A DNA stretch of 64,000 nucleotides from an uncultured Phycisphaerales bacterium (GTDB taxonomy: Bacteria > Planctomycetota > Phycisphaerae > Tepidisphaerales > Tepidisphaeraceae): the NCBI GenBank assembly GCA_963758525.1, contig CAVWVQ010000003.1, positions 2,240,001 through 2,304,000 on the forward strand, read 5' to 3'. The notes beneath the pieces are model-generated. The model was not told the origin of the DNA. It searched no databases and was given only the letters and a program-made list of their open reading frames with translations. Both the position numbers and the translations under genes were made by a program. This document shows, piece by piece, positions 43,127 through 53,970 of the stretch; positions within the stretch are counted from its first letter, which is position 1, and each line of letters starts with the position of its first letter.

Positions 43127-45316
43127 ATGGCTTCTCTCTCGATCAATCAGGCGATCGCGTTGGCCGTGCAACACCACCGTGCGCGGCGTCTCGGAGCGGC
43201 AAAATCGATCTACAGCCAGATTCTTTCCTACGAGCCGCAACATGCGGACGCGTTAGATTTGCTTGGGATGCTCAGCGCAGAGGAGGGGGACCTTGCCGGC
43301 GGGATTCGTCTGGTTCGTCAGGCGATTCAGATCCAGCCGGCGGCGGCCGCGTACCATCTGCATCTTGGAAAACTGCTGATGGGGATCAGTCGGCCGCAGG
43401 AAGCTCTGGCCGCCTGTGTGCGAGCGACCGAACTTGATCCAACCAGCGCAGACGCGTTCGCCGGTCTTGGCAGCATCTTGCTGTCGCTGGGGCGTCTCAC
43501 GGAGGCGGTCAGCAGCTATCAGCGGGCGTTTGCCTCCGCATCAGCGCCGGACGCCTTCCAAGTCGCGCGATGGAGAAACGAGCTTGGCGTGGGGCTGGCA
43601 AAGTCAGACCGACTGGATGAAGCGATCCTCGAGCTGCGCACCGCCTCCCAGCTCGATCCCGTTTACGCTGAGCCGTATGCGAACCTGTCCCTGGTGCTGC
43701 AGCGGCAAGGCCGATTGGTCGAAGCGCTCTCCGCATGCCGGCGAGCGATCGAACTCCGGCCCGATTTCGCCAACGCATATAACAACCTGGCGGTGATATC
43801 AGGCAGGCTTGGGAAGCGCGAAGAATCGATCGCCGCCAGCCGCGAAGCGATTCGGTTGAATCCCGCCGCGCCCGGGCTTTACACGAACCTGATCCAACGG
43901 CTCGTTGAGCACGGCGATGTCGACGGGGCCTTGGAAGCCGCTCATCAGGCGATCAAGCTGGCGCCGGAAAACCCCTCCCTGCACCAGGCCTTGGGCGGCG
44001 TGCTCAGAGACATCGGGCAGCTCGACGAATCGCTGGCTGCTTTCGACCGGGCGATCGAACTCGACCCTTGCGACGCGAAAGCCCATAGCGGCCGGATCTT
44101 TGCCAGGCATTTCCACCCTGGTTCAGAGCAGCGCGCGCAGGCTGAAGACCTTCGCCTCTGGGACAAACGACACGCCCTGCCGCTTCGCGACCGCCGTCCC
44201 TGCGGCAATGATCCCGATCCGGATCGGCGGCTGCGGATCGGGTACATCTCTCCGGATTTTACCCATCACGTGCTCGCATTCCTGATGCTGCCACTTTTCA
44301 CTTGTCACGACCGCCGGCTGATCGAAACGCATTTCTACTCAGACGTCTGCAATCCGACTGAGCTTACCGGGAAGTTTCGCGCCGCGCGGATCGGTGGACG
44401 GACACCGTCGGGCTTTCCGACCAGCAGGTTGCCCAGACAATCCGCAACGATCGGGTGGACATCCTCGTCGACCTGACGATGCACATGCGTAACAACCGCC
44501 TGCTCGTCTTCGCGCAAGGCCGCCCCGATCCAGGTAACCTGGTGCTATCCCGGTTCGACCGGCCTGGGCGCCATCGACTACCGCCTGACCGACCCCTACC
44601 TCGATCCGCCGGGACTCTTCGACGATTGCTATTCGGAGCAATCCATTCGATTGCCTGACACGTTCTTCTGCTATGACCCGATGATTGAAGAGCCCGCCGT
44701 TGCCGAGGCGCCGGTCGTCACCAATGGGTTCATCACCTTCGGCTGCCTGAATAACTTCTGCAAGATCAACCCGTCGATCCTCCGGCTGTGGTCGAGGATA
44801 TTGCGTGCGGTGCCGCGTTCGAGGCTCATGCTGTTGTGCCCGCAAGGGACGCACCGCAAGCGGCTCTGCGAAATCCTCGCGGAAGATGGCATCTCCGCCG
44901 ACCGCGTGGAGTTGGTGCAGGGCCGGCCACGGCCTGAGTATCTCAAGCTCTACCACCGCATCGATATTTCCCTCGATCCGCTTCCATACAACGGCCACAC
45001 GACCAGCCTCGACTCCTTCTGGATGGGCGTGCCAGTGATCACGCTGGTCGGACAGACGGTGGTCGGACGGGCGGGAGTGAGTCAACTCACCAATCTCGGG
45101 CTCTGCGAATTGATCGCCCGCGACGCCGACGGATATGTCGATTTAGCGATGAAGCTGAGTTCAGATCCCCCGCGGCTGCTCGCGTTGCGGGCGGGAATGC
45201 GGCAGAGGATAAAAGCATCGCCCTTGATGGATGGCGAGCGCTTCGCACGCAACGTCGAAGCGGCCTATCGACTGATGTGGGTTCGGTGGTGCACTCAGCG
45301 AGGTGCGACGCATTGA
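43127..45316 (+). CDS. TPR + SPINDLY/OGT-like (GT41) glycosyltransferase, frameshifts at about 44385-44545
   Basis: Many TPRs; LRIGYISPDF..H, DILVDL..H, TFGCLNN..K, DISLDP.PYNGHTT, WMGVPVITL. Confidence 0.88.
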
Positions 45317-45330
45317 GCGGTGCATCCATA

Positions 45331-46474
45331 TTACGGACTCGTCCAATTTCCGCTCGACGGCATATTGTATAACGCCGCAGTGTCGGCGGAAGCCACGTTG
45401 GGCTTGATCGTCGCGCCGCGGGGCATCCAGTAGGCTGGGTTTGATCCCTGCAGATCGCCGAGCAGTTCCACGTGACCGTCGTAGAATCCGGCGTTGAACT
45501 TGTAGCTGTCGGCGGGACCATAGCCCTTTCTGTTGCCATGCCGAAACCCGAAGATCCTCGCGTCGGGGTCCCCGGCAATTGGCGTCGGTGTTGCCTGATC
45601 GTTGCCAGGACAGCTCTGGCGGTTCCAACAGGAGCTCAGGTTGTTCCAGGCACCCATGTCGGAATAGGCTCCGCCGTCATTGGCGAGCCAATACAGATAG
45701 TATGTCGGCACGGCGCTAGTGGCGCTCTTCACTAGACCTCACGTATCGTGCGCCATCGGCGATGTAAATCTTTTCAGACGTTTCGCCGATGCTGGTGATC
45801 TTCGGCGAGTAACCCACTGGAGAAGTGTAAACTTTTGTCAAGCATAACTGTGCTCCAGCCTGGGGGAGATTCGCTGTGCCGGCTGGATTCGTGATCGAGG
45901 CCACCTGGAGAAACGCTCCGGCGGTGAAGTAAGAGATCATTGGAATCACCGGCGCATTGTTAACCGCCGCGCCGTTGTCCGAAAAGTTGGGATCCCTGTA
46001 CTGAGGAGCAATATATTCGTTTTCCGGGCATGTGAACACCTGCTGGCTCGTAAGCGTTGTGAAGCGGGTGATGAGATGGGCATTGGATCCGCCCTGATCG
46101 AAGTTGATTCCCAATTCGCTGGCAATCGGCGACTGCCAGTCCCAAATCTGGCAGACCGTTGGACAAATCGTGTCCTTGTAGCCGGGACTGTAAAGAAACA
46201 GGCTCGATGTGTCGGGGCTGCCGGGGATAAATCCCCGGTTCTCCGAGACATACATAGTCATTGCCTGCAAAATGGTTCGGAGATTGGCCGCGCACTGTAT
46301 CGTTCGGGCGGCCCGGCGGGACGCAGCGAGCGCCGGGAGCAGAACTGAAATCAAGACAGAGATGATTCCGATCACCACCAACAGCTCGACCAGGGTAAAC
46401 GCCCTTTGACCACGGCGACTCTTCAGGGACTCACTGGCCGGCGTGAACTTAGCTCCCATCGTTTCTGATTTCAT
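45331..46474 (-). CDS. DUF1559-type prepilin-like protein, frameshift at about 45725
   Basis: [32 protein letters not shown]-terminal FRHG...NAGFYDGHV in ORF 45331-45732. Confidence 0.85.
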
Positions 46475-46507
46475 GTCAAGCTTTCTTCTGTTTCAAAAAA
46501 GAGGAGT

Positions 46508-46987
46508 TCACTGGTCGCTTTCCGCCCGCTTGGCCTGTCGACTCGCCTGCTGTGCGCGATATTCCTCTTCCGTCGGCGGTGGTCGGCGACCGGCGCTTGC
46601 CGGAGGATTGCGAAAAACCACAAGCCGGCCGCACACGGGGCAGAACGTGGGCTGATGGATGCCTTTATAGTCGTTCAGCAAGACCGGCGTAGGGTCGGTG
46701 GCGATGCTCCCGTCCTTCGTCCAATAGCACAACTCGGCGGGGTAACCGGTGTTGGTACCGGTGTAGGGGGACTTGACAGGGGTGGTATCGCCAATCTGGA
46801 GCGTGTATTGGAAAGTCTGCCCCGTGCTGGCGCAGATGTAGAGCCGGGTGAGATCCTGCGCCTTCGCATCGCTCGTTTCCCAGATGAACGACCTGAGCGA
46901 GTGCACCGCGAAGAAAATAGCAACTGCGGCTCCCATCGTAACAATGATCTGCTTGTATTTCCGCTTTGCGTTGCCCATGTCAGCCAT
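46508..46987 (-). CDS. Membrane-anchored Cys-containing hypothetical protein
   Basis: GGAGG RBS; TM segment; YPAELCYWTKDG and CPVCG motifs; directly upstream of the prepilin gene. Confidence 0.7.
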   Translation of the reverse strand: MADMGNAKRKYKQIIVTMGAAVAIFFAVHSLRSFIWETSDAKAQDLTRLYICASTGQTFQYTLQIGDTTPVKSPYTGTNTGYPAELCYWTKDGSIATDPTPVLLNDYKGIHQPTFCPVCGRLVVFRNPPASAGRRPPPTEEEYRAQQASRQAKRAESDQ

Positions 46988-47410
46988 CAATCCTCCGTCG
47001 CATGAGAGTTTTCGCTCAAGCTGGTCGGCATCGATTATAGATTCCGAACAATAATGCAAGGCTATGATGTCGTGAAGTGTGTGTTAGCGGCAGACCGGGG
47101 AACATCGCACGTATATATATTTCAAAAATATTCTGGTTGGGATGTGCTTCATTTGCAAGACAGTATCTGCATCTGTAGTTTCGGCCAGAGGAGAACTCCG
47201 TGATTTATCGAAACTTTATTTGCCAGAAACACGAACCGCATTTCGCATACCTACCTTGCCCCACCGACGAGACGCAGAGTGCCAGTCGCATATGTGATGA
47301 ATGGTTGCTGTTCTGCAGGCGTGATGTCCCCGGGCGCTGTTGTTATTCCATAGTCGCTGAGGGTTCAGTCGCGGTTGTTCTATAAATTCAGTTTCAGTGG
47401 AGAGGAATCC

Positions 47411-50400
47411 ATGCGCAAAGTAGTCAAGTCCAAAAGACCCAGCCGTGTCCCGCTCGAAGCGTTCAACCGGAATACGTCGAAGTCTGTTTTACAACCGCGC
47501 CGCGCGACCGCGGAGCAACGGATCGCTCTCGCGCTGGAACCGCTCGAGTCGAGGGTTCTGTTCAGCACCATCGCGAATTGGACGTTTGAAACGACCCCGA
47601 CCGCTTTGGCTGGGACTGCCGCCGCAGGAGCGACGTTTCCCACAAACGGATATCCGGCTGACACGGGCAGCGGGTCGGCAACGGGCGTCCATGCCGCTTC
47701 AGCAACCTACTCTTCGCCGGCTGGAAACGCGCCTACTAGTACCCATTCTTTCAGTGCAAACACATGGGCGGTCGGTGATTATTATCAGTTCCAGGTCAGT
47801 ACGGTTGGGGACAACGGCGTGAAGTTGAGCTTCGACCAGGAGAGCAGCAGCACCGGTCCCAAAGGCTTCACGCTGAAGTACAGCACGGACAACGGTTCGA
47901 CCTTCACCACCTTCAGCGGCGCCGTCAACGGCGACGGCGGCACGACCAACCCTTACCCGGTGGGAACAACCTATTCGACCTACACGGCGGATTTAAGTTC
48001 GATAGCCGCGATCAACAACAACGCCCATGTCATTTTTCAGCTCGTCGACAGCACGGCGCCCAGCGGATACCCGGGCGGTACGGATCGCGTTGACAATGTA
48101 GTGGTCACGGGGTCCAGCCCTGTGGTTGGCTCGCTTGCTGTGAGCCCCACATCGATAGCTCAGGGTTCGGGCACCCCGGTGACGCTCACGGCAGGCGGCG
48201 TGACAGACCCGGGCGGCGGGACGATCACCGGGGTCAACTTTTATGTAAACAGCGTCAGCCCCTCGAACTTGATTTCGGGAACGCCGGTGCAAAACGGCAC
48301 TACCTGGACGTTGTCGGGCGTTTCCACCAGTGGTCTGCCGGCGGGCAATACGACCTATCTCGCGGTGGCCACCGACAGCAGTGGAATAACCAGCGCCTCG
48401 GCCAGCACGAGTCTGACCGTTACGACGCCGATTCCCCCTCCGACCATTACTTCGCTTGCGGTCAATCCCACCTCTGTGACCCCCAACTCCGCTACCACCG
48501 TCACGCTGACGGCCAGCGGTGTTACCGCGCCGAACGGTTACAGCATTACCGGCGTCAGCTTCTACGTGAACAGCGTCAGTCAGTCGAATCTGCTCTCGGG
48601 AACCCCGGTGCAAGACGGCACCACCTGGACCCTTTCCGGCGTCTCCACCAGCACCCTGCCCCTGGGCAACACGACCTACCTGGCCGTGGCCACGGATAAC
48701 CATTCGGCGGACACCAGCAATGCGGCCTCCGCGACGCTGAGTGTCGCCTATCCGCCACCGGTCGCCGACTGGACGTTCGAGACCAGCGCCCCAACGTCGG
48801 CGGGCCCCTTCAACCCCGAAGGCGGCGCAGGCAGCGCCAGCGCGCATCACGCGGGTACATCCGGGTATGCAACCGCCCTGGGCAATGGATCTGCGCACTC
48901 ATTCAGCTCCAACAACTGGGCAGTGGGCGATTACTATCAATTCCAGGTCAGTACGACCAATTTGAGCAACATCGGTTTGCAATTCGATCAGTCGAGCAGC
49001 AATACCGGACCTGGGGTTTTCACCCTGGAATACAGCACCGACGGGACGACCTTCACTCCGTTTACGGGCCAGATTGCAATTAATGGCACGACTGTTAACT
49101 CGACAAATGGCAACTATAACGTTCCGGTCAATGGCCTTTCGTCGGATGGCATTCCGAAAATGACATGGAACGCGGCCGCCTCGGCACAAACAAGCTATAC
49201 TTTCGTCCCCGACCTTTCCGGCATCCAAAGCTCAATCGCCAATCAGACCGCTCTCTACTTCCGGCTGGCAGACGCCAGTACCGCCGCCGCCAGCACTTTC
49301 TCCCCAGGCACCGTTACCAGCGCCGGAACCGATGCCGTCGATAATGTAATTATTACTTCGGGCTCGCGTCCTTCCATCGGTTCGCTCACAGCCAACCCCA
49401 CATCAGTTGTCGCCAACAGCGCCGCGACCATCAGTCTGACTGCCAACAATGTCACCGATCCTAATACCAATGGGGCAGTGACGAGCGTGGAGTTCTATGC
49501 GAACGGCGTCTCGATTGGAGCGGGAACGCAAAGCGGCAACAACTGGACTCTTTCCAATGTCTACGCGAACGTCGTGCCCCTGAATAATCCCACGTACTCC
49601 GCCATTGCCCAGGACAGCCAGGGAGAGCAAAGCGCGCCGGCTACCACCACTCTCGCGATTACCCAATCGGTGATGGCGGACTGGACTTTCGAAACCAGCC
49701 AGCCCGCTCCTGCCAGCCCCGTGACGGGATTGTCATCTGCTTACACCCCCGAGGGCGGTACGCAGGCGAGCGTGAGCGGGGCGACGGTGTACCACGCCAC
49801 AGCGAGCACGATCTCAACGCCTTCCGGTGATGATTCCGCGCATTCGTTCAACTCGAATGTCTGGGCCGTAGGGGACTATTACCAGTTCGAGACTGACACC
49901 GCCGGCGAATCCAATATTCAGTTGAGCTTCGATCAGACCAGCAGCAACACCGGACCCGCTCAGTTCGAGCTGGAATACAGCACGGACGGCAATACCTTTA
50001 CTCCCGTTACGACCGCAATCACCAGCAATGCGGGGCAGACGAGCGTTTCGACTTCGACTGGGGCTTACTCGGTCTTGACCAACTCCGGCGCCACCATTTG
50101 GAGCCCGAGTCCGCCGACCATTCCACCCTCGGAGTTCCATGCCGACTTGTCTTCAATTTCGGCGCTCAACAACACTTCCACCGTCTATTTCCGGCTGTTG
50201 AATTATTCCACCGTCTCCGTCAATGGCGGCACCGTGGCTACCGGCGGAACAGATCGCGTGGACAACATTGCCGTCTCCGGCACGGATATTCCCGTACCGG
50301 TGATCGGCTCGTTCACGGTCACTCCAAATCCGGTGGTGGTTGGGAGCAACACCACGGTCACGTTGACCGCCAGCAGCATCACGGATCCCAATCCGGGCGC

Positions 50401-53400
50401 CACCATCACCGGCGTCAACTTCTACAAGGGAAGCTACAACAGCGCCAATCTGATCGGTGCCGGCACGAACAACGGCGGGACCTGGACGCTTTCGGGCGTG
50501 TCGACGTCGTCACTGCCGACCGGTACGCAAAACTATGTTGCCGTGGCCACGGACAGCGTCCCCATCTCCAGCGCCGCCGTCTCGACGCCGCTGACCATTA
50601 TCGGCACCCAGCAGGTAAGTTTTGACACCGCGAGCTACAGTATCAATGAAACTGCGGGCACGGTCACGATCCAGGTGGACCGAACCGCGTCGCCGGGGAC
50701 ACCGTCACTGGCGGCCCAGGACGCGGCGCAGAGCACAGCCACGACCGTCAATTATGTCACCAGCGACGGTACTCCCTACACCTACGGCAGCACCCAAACC
50801 AGCGGCGCCGCCACGGCAGGAACGGACTACACATCCGCCTCGGGCCCGGTGAACTTCACCAATGGCGCAACCACCGCCACCTTCACCGTCCCGATCAGCG
50901 CCGTGCAAACCTTCGCTGGCACACGCACCTTCAACGTGACCCTCACTCAGGCCGCCGGCTCCCCTGCCACGGTCGGCTCTACCGCAAACACCGCGGTGAC
51001 GATCACCGACGGCACCGTGAGCAATGCCGCCACCCCAACCGGCGCGCCCAGCGCCACGTATAATGCGACCACGGCTGCCACCGCCAGCGGACCCACCAAT
51101 ACGAACAGCACCCTGGCTTATGAGAACCATAACGTCTACCCCATCGCCAGCTTCCCCGAACTCGAGTTTGGAACCGTTTCGAGCGCGCAAAGCGGTTACA
51201 CGGCCGGAAACATCGACAGTGTAAAACTCAGCCTTTACAACACCTCGACCAGCACCGGCGAATCCGGCGTGGCTGGCACGTTCGCCGTCTATCTGCTGAC
51301 CAACGACAGCGTCGCCGCCAGCACCCTCAAATATTCCGCCAATGGAGCCGACACCGCGGCCACGGTCCTCTCCGCCGATGCCAGCGCGTTCAAGGTCGGT
51401 TCGAATGACGCCAACACGCTCGCGCAGGACCTCGCGGAGGACTACGTTGGCACGGGCAACTTCACGAACAACGTGATTGGATACAACGATTTCACGTTCG
51501 ACAACCTGAGCTCGACGGTCAGGGGCGCGCTGGTGAACTACTTCAACGGCACCGACACGAATCCGATTCGCTTCGCAATCGTGCCGACCTCCCCGATGTC
51601 CGTAAACTGGTACGGAAACGGCTCCATCACCGCCCAGCAGCCCCAGCTTACGCTGCTGGTTCAGAAGGGAACGCCCGAAATCTTCGGCCTCAGTCCCCTC
51701 GGCGACGCCAACGCGACCAGCACCACCACCGCCACGATCACCAAGGGAGCCGGCGCGCACCACCGGCACCGAGACCATCACTGTCTCGCGAAGCGGGAGT
51801 GACACCAGCGACTCTGCCATGGTTCCATATACGCTTGGCGGCACGGACGTGATCGGAACGGACTACACCGTCACCGATCCGAATGGCGGCAACAACGGAG
51901 ATACCACCACCACCGGCGGCGTGACCACCGGCACATTCATGTTCCCCGCCAACCAACCCAATGCGACTGAGTCCATCACCATCACCGCCCTCTCGACACC
52001 GCTCTCCTTCGACAAGAACGTGACAATCACGCTGGGCCAGCCGACCGTCGGGGACTCTTCTCACACCGGCCTGGTCGGCGGCATCGGGCAGCAGATCGTG
52101 ACGATTCACGATCCGCTCACCTCGGACACCACATCGGATATCGCCACTGACACTGCGATGGTCAACCCTGCAGTCCCCCCGGCCACGTCCGGAGTGCCGA
52201 CGGGCACCAACTCCGAGCAATACATCGACATCGAGAACTCGGGCGCCGGCGGCGGCAAGGACGCCGCGTTCGGCGTGATCGAGTTCAACAGTCCTATGAG
52301 CGATGACCCCATTCCCGCCTCCGAGATCGGGTCGATCAACCAGGTGTTGTTCAACACGGTCAACGTCCCCGAGTCCTTCGAGAAGGCCGGCCTGGTCAAT
52401 GTCTACGTCACCGACGACACGTCGACCAAACTGGACACTCCCATCTCCCCCCTGGCCTTTCAAACCACCACCGCGGATCCCTCGGGCGGCGAGGGCCTTG
52501 GAACCCAACTCGACGCCGGCACCTCGGGACTGCATTTGCTCGGAACGATCTCTTACAACCCCTCGCAAGCGGCGGGCGCTTACGTTTCTCTCCCCGTGAC
52601 GCTCGACCCACAGTACGGAGCCGCCTCCATGGGCGTGCTGGCGAACGATATTAACAATCAGGACGTGATCAGATTTGTGCTTGCTCCAGCGAAAAACAGC
52701 ACCGTCTCTCTGCAATGGGAAGGCGGCCTGTCGGAAGGGACAGACCCGACCGTATCGTTGAACTACAACCCGCTCTCTGACTTCGTCACTCCGACCTCAA
52801 ACGTAGGTTGGAACGCCGCGACGCAGGCGCTGAACATTAATTCCCCGGCGACAATCAGCGCGGACCCCGCCATATTTCATCTGACGCCGAACATCTTCGG
52901 CTCAGGCAGTTCGGCGCAGCTGACCATCCAGCCAGCCACGTCCCCGACGGATATTCACCTCGGCGGCATCACCCTCAGCAGCGGCGCCGGAATCGATATG
53001 GTCAGCGTGGGGGACAACCGCGCCTTCGACAATCACAACGTGCTGGTGCTCGGCACTGTCAATGCAGTGACCAGCGAGTCGCTCACCAGCAACGTCGCCA
53101 CCCTCACCGCCAACAACTACTTCAACGTGGGTGACACGGTGGTGGTCAGCGGCGCCGACAGCCCGTTCAACGGCACCTTTACGATTACAGCGGTTACGCC
53201 CACTTCCTTCAGCTACGCCGTGCCGGGAAGCAACGCTGATGTTGCAGCCACAGCCCCGCCCATCGGCGCAAGTGCTTCAACGCAGGCGACGGCCCCCGCA
53301 TTCAGCGTTGACGCCGCGAGCAGCATCAACCTGGAAGATAATGACATGATCGTGCATAGCGGCAATGACGGCAGCAGCGACTTCTCAACGGTCTACGGAT

Positions 53401-53840
53401 TGGCAGTGGCAGGCAGCAATGGCATCAACGGGGCGGACACCGGCGAATACTGGAACGCCCCCGGGCTGCAATCTTCCACCGCCAACGCCGCCGACGCTAA
53501 TTCGGAGGTAACGGCCCTGGCGGTTGCGACAAGCGCTCCTCTCTTTGACGCTGATGGAAACACGCTGTCGACATGGACCGTCGGAGGCGCGGTCGAACCG
53601 CTGAACGCCAGCGGAAACGACACGATCGTCAAGTACACCTATGTCGGGGATGTGGATCTGAACGGCAAGGTTGACGCCAGCGACGTCGGAATCGTCTACG
53701 GGAACTATCCGGTCTCCAGCAACGCTCTCTGGACCGATGGAGACACGGATTACAACGGCACCATCGACTCCAGCGATACCGGAAACATTTTCGGTCAATA
53801 CCTGCTGGGCACCGATGGCAGCGGCACTCCGGAACTGTAA
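47411..53840 (+). CDS. Very large secreted modular protein (LEPRxLL-type leader, three repeated domains, Ig-like repeats, Calx-beta, dockerin-like end); frameshift at about 51755
   Basis: LEPLESRVLFS; 3x WTFET..GDYYQF..FDQ.SS.TGP; Calx-beta SYSINETAGTVTI..ATAGTDY; GDVDLNGKVDASD / GDTDYNGTIDSSD. Confidence 0.8.
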
Positions 53841-53970
53841 GTCAGCCAGCGCCCGATCCAGGTCTAATCCTGACTGCAATTACCGCGGCCAGTCAGGACG
53901 GAAGATTCGCTGACGATGAGGAACTGATCCCGCGGCGTGAGAAAAACGAACTTAAAAGGACAAGAACATT

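Noticed and set aside
2700..51800. Numerous frameshifts (GldG-like, CBS, thiE, murJ, waaF, both GT41 genes, PEP-CTERM tail, DUF1559, large protein) as programmed frameshifting or mass pseudogenisation
   Set aside because: They are isolated single-base indels, hit housekeeping genes such as murJ and thiE, show no shared slippery motif and come without in-frame stops; long-read consensus error is the simpler explanation
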